From an uncultured delta proteobacterium (GTDB taxonomy: Bacteria; Desulfobacterota; Binatia; Binatales; Binataceae): a stretch of DNA of 64,000 nt. The translations under genes and the position numbers were made by a program. The notes under the pieces are model-generated. The model saw only the letters and a list, made by a program, of their open reading frames with translations, was not told the origin of the DNA and made no database searches. How positions within the stretch are numbered: the first letter of the stretch is position 1; every line of letters begins with the position of its first letter. Below, piece by piece: positions 9,516 through 19,420 of this stretch. Location: positions 864,001-928,000 of the forward strand of contig CAVQEQ010000001.1 of assembly GCA_963711565.1 (NCBI GenBank), given 5' to 3'.

Positions 9516-10127
9516 ATGGGCGCATCTTCACCGACCGGAGGCAACTTCAGACAACGGCTGACGCAGGACGAAAAAACCGCTGAAACGCGGCGCCGCCTGC
9601 TCGACGCAGCAATCGGGTGCCTGATTGATCGCGGCTACGCGAACACCACCACTTCCGAAATTGCCGAACGCGCCGGCCTCTCCCGCGGCGCACAGCTCTA
9701 CCACTTCCCCAAGAAAGAAGAACTACTGACCAGCGCCGTCGAGCATCTTTACCAGCTAATGTTCGGCGAGATGAAGGAGAAGGTCAGCCGGCTGACCAAC
9801 GAGGACGATCGACGGGCAACGGCCATCGATTTGATGTGGGAGATTGCCAACGGCCGGTTCATGACCGCCTGGATCGAGATATGTGTCGCGAGCCGCACTG
9901 ATTCGTATCTTCGCGAGTCGGTTAGCGCGGCGAAAGATCGGGCGGCGGAGCTCATTGATCGATCGTTCAGGGAGCTGTTTCCGCGGCCCGCCGGCGCCCC
10001 TACCGAGTACGACCTGATTCCGGAAGTCGTACTCTTGATACTCCAGGGGATGGCACTCGAAGGCCAGGCGCTCAACTCGGAGTTCACGACGAAAGTCCTG
10101 ACCGCGCTCAAAACCTTCAAGCTCTAG
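9516..10127 (+). CDS. TetR/AcrR family transcriptional regulator
   Basis: LLDAAIGCLIDRGYANTTTSEIAERAGLSRGAQLYHFPKKEEL. Confidence 0.93.
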   Translation: MGASSPTGGNFRQRLTQDEKTAETRRRLLDAAIGCLIDRGYANTTTSEIAERAGLSRGAQLYHFPKKEELLTSAVEHLYQLMFGEMKEKVSRLTNEDDRRATAIDLMWEIANGRFMTAWIEICVASRTDSYLRESVSAAKDRAAELIDRSFRELFPRPAGAPTEYDLIPEVVLLILQGMALEGQALNSEFTTKVLTALKTFKL

Positions 10128-10139
10128 CGACGCGGGCAG

Positions 10140-11708
10140 CTAACGCCCCACACCACTCAGCTTCACTGTCTGCGGAGTGCCGTTCGCGTTGTCGGTGATC
10201 GTTATCGCGGCGGTCTGCTTCATCGCCGCGCTCGGCGTGAATGTCACCGAGATCGAACAATTCGCGCCCGCCGCCAGTGTCGCGGGACAGTTGTTGGTCT
10301 GTGTGAACGCCCCCGCGTCGGAAATATCCTCGATCAGCACCGGATTCGTCGGATGCTTCTTCCCGCCCCTGGGATTGGACACCTTCACCATTTTCGGCTT
10401 GCTCGATGTACCAACCGCGGTCTTCGGAAACTTCAGCGACTTCGGCTTGATCTCGAGCGTCACCGGCACGGGCGTCGGGGTGGGCGTCGCGGTTGGCGCG
10501 ATAGTGGCGGTCGGAATCGGAGTCGGACTCGGGATTCCGATCGCGTAGAGATTGTCGTCCTCGGAGCCAAAGTAGATGGTCCCGTCGGCGCCGATCGCCG
10601 GCGAGGAGTAAACGTAAGAGCCGGTCGCGAACGTCCATTTCAGGGTGCCGTCGGGATTCAGCGCGTAAAGGTTGTAGTCGTCAGCGCCGAAGTAAATGGT
10701 CCCGTCGGCGCCAATCGCCGGCGAGGATTCCACATCGTCGAGAGCTGTGAACGTCCACTTCTGCGTAACGGTGCCCTGTCCGCCGTCGGTTAGCGCGTAG
10801 AGGACGTTGGCGGTGTCAATCGTGCCGACGTAGATAGTCCCGTCCGCGCCGATCGCCGGCGATGAGTCCACGCCATTTGCAGTTGGAAACTTCCATTTGA
10901 GCGTGCCGTTGGGATTCAACGCATAGAGATTGTCGTCATAGGAGCCGAAGTAGATGGTTCCATCGGCGCCGATCGCCGGCGACGATGTCACGATTTCGCC
11001 GGTCGGGAACGACCAATTCAGCGTGCCGCCCGGATTTATCGCGTAGAGGCTTTGGTCAAGAGAGCCAACGTAGATCGTCCCGTCGGCGCCGATTGCGGGC
11101 GAGGAGTCCACGGCGCCGCCAGTTGCGAACTTCCATTTGAGCGAACCGCTCGGATTTATGGCGTACAGATTGTCGTCGTAGCAGCCGACGTAGATGGTGC
11201 CGTCGGAACCGATTGCCGGCGAAGAGGACAGATCATTTGGGGCTGTGAATGCCCATTTCTGCGTGCCGTCGGGATCTAACGCATAGAGGTGGTGGTCTTC
11301 GGAGGCAACGTAAATCGTCCCGTCGGCGCCGATCGCCGGCGCAGCGGCTACGTCGCCTCCGGTTACGAACGCCCACTTCTGCGTGCCGTTGGGGTTCACC
11401 GCGAAAAGACTGCCGTCGTAGGAGCCGACGTAGATAGTTCCATCGACGCCGATCGCCGGCGAGGAGTACACAATCCCACCGGTTGCGAATGCCCACTTCT
11501 GCGTGCCGGGGTTGGCGCTCGTGTCAAACTGGCTGAGCCCGGTATGCGCGAGATCATGATGGAACATCGGCCACGGCGACGTGGCAATTTGCGCATACGA
11601 TACGGCGATGGCCACGGCGGTTATCGCCACAAATGCGGCGCCCCCAAAAAGTATGTAAATCCGAATTGCCGCTGACCTCTGAATGAGCGCTACGGCGCAC
11701 GGCGCCAA
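10140..11708 (-). CDS. Secreted PQQ-binding-like beta-propeller repeat protein with Pro/Thr linker and C-terminal Ig-like (choice-of-anchor D/ASH) domain
   Basis: WPMFHHDLAHTG, eight ~40-aa repeats (SSPAIGADGTIYxGS..LYA.NP.GT.KW.F), PTPTP linker, then NC..LAAGANCSISVTFTP..ITITDNA..PQTVKLSG; start approximate. Confidence 0.85.
   Translation of the reverse strand: MAPCAVALIQRSAAIRIYILFGGAAFVAITAVAIAVSYAQIATSPWPMFHHDLAHTGLSQFDTSANPGTQKWAFATGGIVYSSPAIGVDGTIYVGSYDGSLFAVNPNGTQKWAFVTGGDVAAAPAIGADGTIYVASEDHHLYALDPDGTQKWAFTAPNDLSSSPAIGSDGTIYVGCYDDNLYAINPSGSLKWKFATGGAVDSSPAIGADGTIYVGSLDQSLYAINPGGTLNWSFPTGEIVTSSPAIGADGTIYFGSYDDNLYALNPNGTLKWKFPTANGVDSSPAIGADGTIYVGTIDTANVLYALTDGGQGTVTQKWTFTALDDVESSPAIGADGTIYFGADDYNLYALNPDGTLKWTFATGSYVYSSPAIGADGTIYFGSEDDNLYAIGIPSPTPIPTATIAPTATPTPTPVPVTLEIKPKSLKFPKTAVGTSSKPKMVKVSNPRGGKKHPTNPVLIEDISDAGAFTQTNNCPATLAAGANCSISVTFTPSAAMKQTAAITITDNANGTPQTVKLSGVGR
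10540..11510. repeat. Intragenic ~120-bp tandem repeat (8 units) encoding propeller blades
   Basis: CCGTCGGCGCCGATCGCCGGC recurs at ~120-bp spacing. Confidence 0.85.
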
Positions 11709-13621
11709 AAAACCACGCCGGCCAGCAGCAAAAACATCAGACTGGCTACTGGGATCGCGCGCGTCTCCGATGCGCCCTTGAGGCCGTAGTCGCGATCGCG
11801 CTCGACGGTTCCGCCGTTTACGCACCACGCGGCAGTTTTCTCGGCGTACGGCCAGCCGATCGAGGCGAACAGCGTCCTGAATTTTCCGTACGGGCCAAAC
11901 CATCCCGTTTCGCGCGGAAGAACCCGAATGATCGCCATCATGCCGCCGTCCTCATGCGCCAGGATGTGGCAATGATAGACGAAATCGCCAATGTCGGGTC
12001 CGCGAAAATCCATGCGTACCGTCACGCTCGGGTAGGGCCCGGAGCCCGACCAGTAAGGCACTTGAACCATGTCGTGGAGCTGCTGCTGCTCCTTGGGCAC
12101 CGGCACGCCGTTGATTGCCAGCAGCATGAAATGAATCTGGTGCATGTGAAATTCGTGGACTTCCTGCGTGGTGTTCTCGATGGTCCAGTCTTCGACCGCG
12201 CCTTGCGTGGTGGTGATCGCGGGAGGGTTGTCGGGGTTGAATATTTCCGGCGTCGCCCCGACGACGGTGATGAAAAATTCCGTGTTGAGCCAGAAGATCG
12301 GATCGTGCGTGTCGATGACCTCTTCGGAAAAATACAAGGTGCGCTGAGTCGTCGGCTTCGCGTCCGCCAACCCCTCGAAGCGTTGCGGTCCCGGCGCGCC
12401 CGACGCCGCGGGCATTACGAGTTGCGCCGTCGCGTCGGTGGACTTGGGATTCGTCAGGGTCGCGAGCGGGCGCTGGGGATCGAAGTCCCCGACCGGGCCG
12501 GTTTCGACGTTGAGGGTCAGGAAAGTTGCGTTCTTTACCGATTTGGATGGGCCGGTGACGATAAACTCCGCGCGTCCCGCGTTCGGAATAAAAACGTCGG
12601 TCATCTTGAGGAGCTTGCCCTTACGCGTGCCGTCCTGCGATCCAACGGGAACGCCGTCGATGCCAACCAGCTCAATCTTCTGCGCCTCCCCATCGTATTG
12701 GAGTTGAAGATCCAGTTGCGTATCGGCGCACGCATTCACCACCCGCCAGAGCTGTTTTTCGCCGGGCTTGATATTGACGATCGCCGGCGTGTACTCGGGA
12801 TACGGAATCGGAACGTAATTCAGCGTCAGGTCCCATGAAGGCACGTCGTTGGGACCGCCGGGCGGCGGCAGGCCGGCCACGTTCTGATCGCGAATGACAA
12901 AAATCCGTTGCGCTAGGCCGGCCACCTTCGGCTGCACTTTTTCGAGCCCCTCCACCACGATCGCGCCCGACGCTCCGCCCTGCACCGCCGCGTTTGCGAG
13001 TCCATGAACATGCGGATGGTACCAGTAGAGACCAGGCGGTTCGTCCTTGGGAAATTTCAGGTCGTAGCTGAATGTATCTCCCGAATTGATCAGCGTGTGG
13101 ATCACCTCGTCCTGATGGCAGACCGGCGAAGTATTGGTGCCATGAAAATGAATGTTGACGGAGTCCGGCCCCATCGACGATGCGCCGCACACGTCCGACG
13201 CCGACGTGGACATCCGCAACGCAGTGGAGAGAACCGGCGCCGGAATATTGTTGGTGACGTTTACGACGAGGTGATCGCCCGGATGCACATGCAACGTCGG
13301 CGACTCGGCGCCGTCGGGCGTCGTGAAGCAGTACAGGGTGCGGCCGTCGGCGTCAACTTCAGTGTTGTAGGACAGGCTTACTGTCAGGGTGCCGTGCTTG
13401 CTGAACAGATCCGTCGGGTTGCTTACGACGCTGCCAGCGGCATAACGAGTGCACGGACCGGCAGTGTCGCTTGGCGCGAGACTCGACTGGTCGGCGCCAC
13501 CGGTCGATGGAGCCGCAAGAACAAGCAGCGCAATCAACGCAAGAAATGCAGTCCCGTTTCTAATGACGGCCAGTCTCCACCGCGGGACGCGGTGCGTCAA
13601 TCTCTTAACGATTTCATGCAT
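11690..13621 (-). CDS. Multicopper oxidase (three cupredoxin domains), exported
   Basis: Copper motifs NIHFHG, WYHPHVHG, HEFHMHQIHF, YHCHILAHEDGGMM; signal-like N-terminus; ATG 13621 overlaps the upstream stop. Confidence 0.92.
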   Translation of the reverse strand: MHEIVKRLTHRVPRWRLAVIRNGTAFLALIALLVLAAPSTGGADQSSLAPSDTAGPCTRYAAGSVVSNPTDLFSKHGTLTVSLSYNTEVDADGRTLYCFTTPDGAESPTLHVHPGDHLVVNVTNNIPAPVLSTALRMSTSASDVCGASSMGPDSVNIHFHGTNTSPVCHQDEVIHTLINSGDTFSYDLKFPKDEPPGLYWYHPHVHGLANAAVQGGASGAIVVEGLEKVQPKVAGLAQRIFVIRDQNVAGLPPPGGPNDVPSWDLTLNYVPIPYPEYTPAIVNIKPGEKQLWRVVNACADTQLDLQLQYDGEAQKIELVGIDGVPVGSQDGTRKGKLLKMTDVFIPNAGRAEFIVTGPSKSVKNATFLTLNVETGPVGDFDPQRPLATLTNPKSTDATAQLVMPAASGAPGPQRFEGLADAKPTTQRTLYFSEEVIDTHDPIFWLNTEFFITVVGATPEIFNPDNPPAITTTQGAVEDWTIENTTQEVHEFHMHQIHFMLLAINGVPVPKEQQQLHDMVQVPYWSGSGPYPSVTVRMDFRGPDIGDFVYHCHILAHEDGGMMAIIRVLPRETGWFGPYGKFRTLFASIGWPYAEKTAAWCVNGGTVERDRDYGLKGASETRAIPVASLMFLLLAGVVFWRRAP

Positions 13622-14840
13622 TTGCGGCGTCTCCCTCGTCCACCTGCGTAATAGGAAGAGCGCGGCATGCAATGTCGGCCAACAGCAGGATCATCGCCAG
13701 CGGAGAGATCGGAATCATTGCGTGGCCGGCGAGTGAGCGCGCGAATAGAGGCAGCAGCCAGACGAACACGAGCAACGATTTCTCATAAGGCATGAAGCCC
13801 GAGCGGCGGCCTTCGAGCGCCAGCCACGCAATCGGCAGCGCGAGTATAACCAGGTCGTAGTCCATCACGTAGGGCGTCGTCAGCAGGACGCCGGTTGCGA
13901 GCGCGGCGGCGTGAAGATCAAACTTTGGCGTTCGCCGCCATATCCAGATGACCGCAACCGCGGCCAGCAGGCTGATCGCAGCCTGGAACGTGTACGCTGT
14001 GGCGACGCTGAAGCCCCACAGTCGAGCGGCCGCGAAAGCACTTTGCAGTTTCTCGAATCCGCTGCCACCCTGCTCGAGCACGACGTGGCGGGTGAAGGCG
14101 ATGCTCGAGAAGAAAGCCTGCCAGGTTTGCGCGCCGAAGATCGCAAACGACAAAGCCGCCAGCAATAGTACCGTGACGGACGCCGATACGATCGTGCGCC
14201 AGCGGCCGGTGGCAATCAGAAAAATGGGCACGAGCAGGCCGTATTGCGGCTTGTAGCTCATCAGGCCGAACATCACGCCGGCCACGATCGGGCGGCGTTC
14301 CAGCGTCAGCAGCGCGCCTCCGAGCAAGGCGAGGGTGAGGAATCCATTCTGGCCGTTAGTCAGATTGACCAGCGCGCCGGGAAAGGCGATCGCCAGCCAG
14401 AGCGAATCGCGCTCGGGATCGATCTTCCACATCACGCCGAGATAAGCGGCGAAGGTTGCGACAGTCCACGCGAGCAACGACCACGCGTACGGAATTAGCG
14501 CGAGCGGAGTGATTATCAGGAGATATACAGGAGGATAATGAAAGCCGGCGAAGCCGACGGCCGGGTCGGCGACGGCGGAGCGTTCGACCGCCCACAGTCG
14601 CGCAATGTCGTAAACAGCGGACGGAGCGCCGTGGAGCGTCAGCCACGATGCGGACCACGGGTCGATGAAGTCGGCGCCGATGGGATGTCCCGCGGGATCG
14701 ACGAGTCCCTTGCTGCGCAGGAGCCAGACGAGGGCGCTGACGACGTAAACCAGCAGGAACAGTTTCGGATATACGGCGAGGCGGCGGCGGGTCAGCCACG
14801 GCGCATCCCTGAAGAAGTCGGGTGTCGAGCTATCGGCCAA
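13614..14840 (-). CDS. GT87 family (DUF2029) GT-C membrane glycosyltransferase
   Basis: GHPIGADF, FHYPP, NGQNGFLT, YKPQYGLL, TPYVMDYDL; multiple TM helices. Confidence 0.85.
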   Translation of the reverse strand: MADSSTPDFFRDAPWLTRRRLAVYPKLFLLVYVVSALVWLLRSKGLVDPAGHPIGADFIDPWSASWLTLHGAPSAVYDIARLWAVERSAVADPAVGFAGFHYPPVYLLIITPLALIPYAWSLLAWTVATFAAYLGVMWKIDPERDSLWLAIAFPGALVNLTNGQNGFLTLALLGGALLTLERRPIVAGVMFGLMSYKPQYGLLVPIFLIATGRWRTIVSASVTVLLLAALSFAIFGAQTWQAFFSSIAFTRHVVLEQGGSGFEKLQSAFAAARLWGFSVATAYTFQAAISLLAAVAVIWIWRRTPKFDLHAAALATGVLLTTPYVMDYDLVILALPIAWLALEGRRSGFMPYEKSLLVFVWLLPLFARSLAGHAMIPISPLAMILLLADIACRALPITQVDEGDAANA

Positions 14841-14937
14841 CCATCCTCCGCGCGAGTCATCCCACAGACTGCTATCAAACGAGCTCGGCTGCGAACCTCA
14901 ATAGCAAAGGCGGCGCGAGCGCCACAACCGGCGGCAA

Positions 14938-15711
14938 TTATGCGGAGCGGAAGTACTGACCGGGGGTTTTGCCGAACGTCAACCGAAACGCCGAGATGAA
15001 TGCGCTGATACTGTCGTAGCCGACGTCGAAGGCGACCGTCGTGACCGCGTCACCGGCAGCGAGCAGCCGCAGCGCGTGACCGAGCCGGAGTTGCTGACGC
15101 CATTTGCTGAAGCCGAGGCCAGTCTCGGTCTTGAACAGGCGCTCGACGGTGCGCTTGCTGGCGCCCGCCAACTTCGACAGCTCGATGAGCGAGCGAGTGT
15201 CGGACGGCTGCTTCTGCAGCATCGCGGCAATTCGTTTCGCGCGCGCGTCGCGCGGCAACGGGAGATGAACGGCGTCGGATTGCATCACGTGAAGATGATC
15301 GAGCAGGACCGAGACCAGGTGCGCGTGAGCCGGGACACGGATGCTCAGGCTGGCGAGCTCGACGATGCGGAGAATCAATTCACGGAGCAGAGGAGAGATG
15401 CCGATGACGCGAGGCTCGTCGGGCAACGCGCGGCCCAGTCGCGGCACGAGGTATAGCGTTCGCAGCGACACCGCTCCAGACATCTGGATCGAATGACGCG
15501 TACCGGCCGGAACCCAGACGCCGCGATGGATAGGAACGACCCATGCGCCTTCAGGTGTCCGCACGGTCATGACGCCCTGCGACGCGTAAACGAGCTGATG
15601 CCACGGATGCGAATGCGTTCTGATAACGTGACCATCGTCGTACTCGGGGACCGTTCCGGTGCGGACCTGATACTTATAGGAGTCAAAAAACCAGTGGCGC
15701 TTTTTCGGCAT
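14938..15711 (-). CDS. AraC family regulator with cupin domain (NimR-like)
   Basis: HSHPWHQLVYASQG, ASKRTVERLFKTETGLGF..WRQQLRL, VGYDSISAFISAFR. Confidence 0.92.
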   Translation of the reverse strand: MPKKRHWFFDSYKYQVRTGTVPEYDDGHVIRTHSHPWHQLVYASQGVMTVRTPEGAWVVPIHRGVWVPAGTRHSIQMSGAVSLRTLYLVPRLGRALPDEPRVIGISPLLRELILRIVELASLSIRVPAHAHLVSVLLDHLHVMQSDAVHLPLPRDARAKRIAAMLQKQPSDTRSLIELSKLAGASKRTVERLFKTETGLGFSKWRQQLRLGHALRLLAAGDAVTTVAFDVGYDSISAFISAFRLTFGKTPGQYFRSA

Positions 15712-15788
15712 CAGTTGGCAATCTATCGCAAGACGACCACACGCTCAAAGTGGTAAGACTGGCAGGTTGCAAGCAGGAGGTTCTCCAA

Positions 15789-16178
15789 ATGGTCGCCAGA
15801 AACATCTCGCACTTCGATGTCCACGCGGACGACGTGGCGCGCGCGCGGAAGTTCTACGAACGCGTGTTCGAGTGGCGCTTCTCGCCCTGGGGTCCGCCCG
15901 GTTTCTTCATGATCGCGACAGGCACCGAGAGCGACCCGGGAATCCACGGCGCGGTGCACGACCGTCCGAAAGACGGCCCTCGCGCCGTCGGCTTCGAGTG
16001 CACCATCGCGGTCGATGACGTGGACGTGATCGCCGCGCTCATCGAGAAGGAAGGCGGCAAGGTCACCGTGCCCAAGATGGTGATTCCCGGCGTCGGCGAG
16101 TTGATTCAATTCAGGGATACCGAAGGGAACATCGCGTGTGCGATGCGTTACTTCGACGAAACGATGGGGCGGCAATAG
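15789..16178 (+). CDS. VOC (glyoxalase/bleomycin resistance) family protein
   Basis: HFDVHADDVARARKFYERVFEW..GGKV..IPGVG..FRDTEGN; RBS AGGAGG. Confidence 0.9.
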   Translation: MVARNISHFDVHADDVARARKFYERVFEWRFSPWGPPGFFMIATGTESDPGIHGAVHDRPKDGPRAVGFECTIAVDDVDVIAALIEKEGGKVTVPKMVIPGVGELIQFRDTEGNIACAMRYFDETMGRQ

Positions 16179-16585
16179 TGGCTATTCAACTCGACCATCT
16201 GATTCTCGCGGTGAACGATCGGAAGAAGAGCGTCGAGTTCTACACCGGCATCCTGGGCCTTAAGTACGAAGGCGATCGCGAGCCGTTCTCGATCGTCCGT
16301 GTGACGCCTGACTTCACTCTCCAACTTGCACAGTGGGGCACCAAGGGCGGCGAGCACCTTGCGTTCGCGATGTCGCGCGCGGAATTCGACGAGGTCTTCC
16401 GCAGGGTCATCGACGCGAAAATCGAATACGGCGATGCATTCGACGCGGTCGGAAATATGCGGGGACCGAGCGATGAGACGACGGTGTCGATCAATTCAGC
16501 CGGCGGAGGCGCGCGCGGGCCGGGCAAGAACCTCTACTTCTTCGACCCGAGCCGGCACCTGATCGAGATTCGGCACTACGAATGA
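16178..16585 (+). CDS. VOC family protein
   Basis: LDHLILAVND..SVEFYTGILG, HLAF, YFFDPSRHLIEI; TAGTG overlap with the previous gene. Confidence 0.9.
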   Translation: MAIQLDHLILAVNDRKKSVEFYTGILGLKYEGDREPFSIVRVTPDFTLQLAQWGTKGGEHLAFAMSRAEFDEVFRRVIDAKIEYGDAFDAVGNMRGPSDETTVSINSAGGGARGPGKNLYFFDPSRHLIEIRHYE

Positions 16586-17232
16586 AAAAACCGAACGCAA
16601 AGCGGTTGGTCGATCCTCCGGATTTGCCGCCCGCGACATCGCTCGAGGCGCTCGACCTCGATTGTTTCGCCGCTGACTCATACGAGCTGGCGGCGATCGA
16701 AAAAGCGGCGCTGAACGACGCGTCCGCGAGCCGATTGCAATTCGATACCTGCGTCCTGACGCGAATCGAACTTGATCGCTCGAAACTGTCGAACCTCAGG
16801 ATGATCGATGTGCGCGTCGAGAAGTCGAGCGCCGCCAACGGCGTCTGGGCGAGCCCGAGCCTTCGCCGTATCGAGATAATCGGATCGCGTCTCACCGGCT
16901 TGACGATAACCGAGGGAGAGCTTTCAGACATTGTGTTCCGGGATTGCAAAGCAGACTTTCTGCAGATTTTGTCGTACCGGATCAGAGATGTTCGCTTCGA
17001 GAACTGTGTGATTGCGGAAGCCGAGTTCCGCGAGTCGACGATCGAACGCGTCACCTTCACCGGGTGCGATATGAGAAACACGAACCTGGCGCAGGCAAGA
17101 CTGACTGAAGTCGATCTGCGCGGGTCCAGGATCGAAGGACTCGTGCTTGATGCCGCCCAACTTGGATCGCTGACGGTCGATCCGGCGCAGGCTATAGTCG
17201 TCCTGCAGATGCTTGGCGCGAAAGTCGGCTAG
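16582..17232 (+). CDS. Pentapeptide repeat protein (Qnr/MfpA-like fold)
   Basis: Continuous 5-residue repeats (DIVFRDCKAD, DVRFENCVIAEAEFRESTIERVTFTGCDMRNTNLAQARLTEVDLRGS); ATGA overlap. Confidence 0.85.
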   Translation: MKKPNAKRLVDPPDLPPATSLEALDLDCFAADSYELAAIEKAALNDASASRLQFDTCVLTRIELDRSKLSNLRMIDVRVEKSSAANGVWASPSLRRIEIIGSRLTGLTITEGELSDIVFRDCKADFLQILSYRIRDVRFENCVIAEAEFRESTIERVTFTGCDMRNTNLAQARLTEVDLRGSRIEGLVLDAAQLGSLTVDPAQAIVVLQMLGAKVG

Positions 17233-17262
17233 CCGCCCCTATCAGCATGCGGGACCGTCGGC

Positions 17263-18981
17263 TCAGTGGCGGACCTCGTCGGCGCGCGAGACCTCCATCC
17301 AGGCGTTGATTAGATCGTCGGCTTCGTCAGGCTCGAGGCGGCCGTCCTTCACTGCGGCGAGTATTTCGAGGATAGCGTCGTCGCGGCTCAGTTTTTCAGT
17401 CGCGCCGGGCCTGAATTGGGCCGACTGACTACTTGAAGCCGGCTTTGCGGCCTCCGACTGAGTAGTCGATTGACTATTCGACTGAGTAGTGCCGCCGGCC
17501 TCTTCGGGCGCACGCTTGCGCACATCGCGGGCCGCATCGCGGATTTTATCGCGCATCTCGCGCGCGGCCTGGCGCACGCGCTCGCGCATTTCATTGCGCG
17601 CATCGCGCGAGCCGCCACGGACCGCGTTCGCGACCAGATCGCCAATTTCCTTGCCGAGCTTCGACAGCCGATCGCCAACGTCGCCGGGAACCCGCTCTTC
17701 GATATCGGCGATTGCGCGCTCGACTTCGCGGAGTCCCTCGCTGACGTTGCGTTTCACGTCGCGGGTGACTTCGCGTACGATTCCACTCGAGAGGCCGCCG
17801 CTTTCCGCGACGAACTGGCCGGCGGCGTCGAGCACGCTGCGCACGAAGGCCGGGATCTCACCGCCGAGATCGTCGACGAAATCCTCAAACGGAGCGGAGA
17901 ATGAATCGCCGGCGCGCGAGCGATGGCCGCGGCCGGAGAAATCGCGTTCGCGTGCGTCGGCGCTGGCAATGATCACGTCGGCGCCGCGCGTCTCGACGCC
18001 AATTTTTGTGCGCGCGCCGGAAGCGGGCTCGGGACCGACCGGGCCGTGAACGTGATTGCGGCCGAGCCACTTCAGCGCGGTCGCATCGATGCTGTATGTG
18101 CGGATTCGACCCCATCCGGCGGAAGCGTCGAGCTCGAGCGAAGCGCCGGCGTCCACCTCGAGGTTGACACGACCGCGGCTACGGACGTTCCAGGCTTTGT
18201 CGGTGGGAAACGGGCCGGCGAGTTCGACGGCGCCGCCTACATCTTCAAGATTGAGCGAGCCGGCGACGCGGGCGATGCGCGCGTTGCCACCGACGAAGCC
18301 TACTGCGACCTCGCCGGCGACGGCGTCGGCCGCGAGCTTGCCGCCGATTTTGCCAATCTGCAGCCCGCCCGACAGGTTCGAGGCGCGCACCCTCCCGCCG
18401 ACGACGCCGGCCTCGACATGGGCGGCGTCTTCGATTTCGAGATGTCCACCGATCACGCGCGCGATGAACGACGCATGCACGCCGAGCAGGCTGGCGCCGC
18501 CGGCGATCTTTTCGATCGCGACTTCGCCGTCGATCGATCGGCAATCGAGTCCGCCGGCGACGTGGCTGAAGGTGATCGCGCCCGCGGATTCAACCGAGAG
18601 CGCACCGCGAACTTTGAGGCCGTCGACCGCGCCGGCCTCCTTGATATAGACGTTGCCGCCGACGGTGTCGCGCATCGAGATGGCGCCGATGTGGCGTGCG
18701 TGGAGGTTGCCGCGAACGCGCGTGACGACGAACGGCGTGGCGAGGTCGGCAACGTCGAGGTTGCCAGCGAGATCTTCGACTTCGACGGTAACGCCGGCGG
18801 GGACGGCAATGCTCGCGTTGTCGCGCAGCGTCACTTCAGCGACCCCGGCGTTGATTGAGACTCGCGGCGCGGTGCCCGAATCGATCTCGATTGCGGGACG
18901 ATCGGCGCCGATGATTTTCAGATTTCCGGCGGCGCGCAGGATGCGGATTGATTCGACTCCATCGAGCGTCGAGATAGCCAT
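17263..18981 (-). CDS. DUF4097/adhesin-like beta-strand repeat protein with helical region and C-terminal SHOCT-like domain (YvlB/LiaX-like)
   Basis: Repeated VGG/IGG beta motifs, C-terminal ILAAVKDGRLEPDEADDLI; RBS GGAGG before ATG 18981. The longer ORF start overlaps the upstream gene. Confidence 0.7.
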   Translation of the reverse strand: MAISTLDGVESIRILRAAGNLKIIGADRPAIEIDSGTAPRVSINAGVAEVTLRDNASIAVPAGVTVEVEDLAGNLDVADLATPFVVTRVRGNLHARHIGAISMRDTVGGNVYIKEAGAVDGLKVRGALSVESAGAITFSHVAGGLDCRSIDGEVAIEKIAGGASLLGVHASFIARVIGGHLEIEDAAHVEAGVVGGRVRASNLSGGLQIGKIGGKLAADAVAGEVAVGFVGGNARIARVAGSLNLEDVGGAVELAGPFPTDKAWNVRSRGRVNLEVDAGASLELDASAGWGRIRTYSIDATALKWLGRNHVHGPVGPEPASGARTKIGVETRGADVIIASADARERDFSGRGHRSRAGDSFSAPFEDFVDDLGGEIPAFVRSVLDAAGQFVAESGGLSSGIVREVTRDVKRNVSEGLREVERAIADIEERVPGDVGDRLSKLGKEIGDLVANAVRGGSRDARNEMRERVRQAAREMRDKIRDAARDVRKRAPEEAGGTTQSNSQSTTQSEAAKPASSSQSAQFRPGATEKLSRDDAILEILAAVKDGRLEPDEADDLINAWMEVSRADEVRH

Positions 18982-19013
18982 TGAAAATTCCTCCGTTGAG
19001 ATTTTCTGCTTGC

Positions 19014-19415
19014 TTAGCTGTCTTTGGTGCGGGGTTCGTTGAGCGCGGCGAGCGCTTCGTCGGGAGTGAGTTTGCCGTCCTTGAGATCGGCCAGGACGGA
19101 GCGGCGCCGCGAGCCACTGTCGTCGGCACCCGAGGTGTCGGTAGCGGACTTGGCCAAGTAGCCGAGCGCCGCGATCACTTCGTCGAGGCGCGCACGCACG
19201 GTCGGGTAGGAGACCCCGAGTTCGCGCTCGACCTCGCGGATAACGCCGCGGTTCTTGATGAAGACCTCGATGAAGTCGATTTGCGCGCCGGTGAGCTTGA
19301 GGAGCGCGGGCGGCGCGAATTCGCCTTCGATAGAGATCGAGCAGTCGGGACAATCGAGGCGCGCGACGGTCAGATTGCCGTCACATGACGGACATTTGAG
19401 AATTATCGGTCTCAC
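19014..19415 (-). CDS. DUF2089 family protein (zinc ribbon + HTH + SHOCT-like)
   Basis: CPSC..CPDC, RGVIREVERELGVSYPTVRARLD, LKDGKLTPDEAL. Confidence 0.9.
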   Translation of the reverse strand: MRPIILKCPSCDGNLTVARLDCPDCSISIEGEFAPPALLKLTGAQIDFIEVFIKNRGVIREVERELGVSYPTVRARLDEVIAALGYLAKSATDTSGADDSGSRRRSVLADLKDGKLTPDEALAALNEPRTKDS

Positions 19416-19420
19416 TGAGG

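Noticed and set aside
10540-11510. Regularly spaced DNA repeats as a CRISPR array
   Set aside because: The 120-bp in-frame period and similar intervening sequence encode propeller blades; no cas genes
18982-19353. N-terminal 124-aa extension of the DUF4097-like ORF
   Set aside because: Overlaps the DUF2089 gene in another frame; good RBS at 18981
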